The translations under genes and the position numbers were made by a program. From Sedimentisphaerales bacterium (GTDB lineage Bacteria; Planctomycetota; Phycisphaerae; Sedimentisphaerales; SM23-30), in NCBI GenBank assembly GCA_963666285.1, contig OY762711.1: a DNA stretch of 64,000 bases, one strand, 5' to 3'. The notes under the pieces were generated by a model. That model made no database searches. It was given only the letters and a program-made list of their open reading frames with translations, and was not told the origin of the DNA. The stretch's first letter is position 1. Each line of letters starts with the position of its first letter. Shown here in pieces: positions 63,916-64,000 of this stretch.

Positions 63916-64000
63916 GATTATCTGTTATAATTATCAGGGTAGTTCTGAGTCGGATATCAAAATCAAACAAACGGAAATAATAATTTTTTGATGCTATTAT

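Overview
Bacterial chromosomal window, most likely from a planctomycete (Phycisphaerae-like). This is inferred from the LEPRVLLA export motif of a giant protein, a PEP-CTERM protein, the ECF sigma/Ser-Thr kinase types and a topoisomerase VI B gene. Layout: (i) 1-13.5 kb housekeeping and miscellaneous genes (SPFH, GNAT, GGDEF, tmk, AlkD-like, top6B, M20 deacylase, nadD, a permuted ACP-like protein, PEP-CTERM, GDP-mannose 3,5-epimerase-like, GT4). (ii) 13.5-26.1 kb flagellar operon flgF-G-A-H-I-J-N-K-L-fliW-csrA-fliC behind a putative sigma54 promoter with enhancer-like repeats. (iii) 26.1-32.2 kb accessory zone: a PD-(D/E)xK-wHTH gene between duplicated terminator sequences, a complete IS256 with an 8-bp TSD and an internal structured non-coding segment, a beta-helix glycosidase and a repeat-rich spacer. 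(iv) A ~5,750-aa CARDB/PPC-repeat surface protein. (v) PL1 pectate lyase, Ser/Thr kinase-TPR, SorC-family regulator, MFS, ECF sigma and a TPR lipoprotein. The most striking unexplained signal is a structured fliC 3' UTR containing an 18-nt segment whose reverse complement is two separated pieces of the fliC 5' leader, one covering the SD/CsrA site. No tRNA, rRNA or CRISPR array was seen. All family assignments come from motif reading, not database searches.
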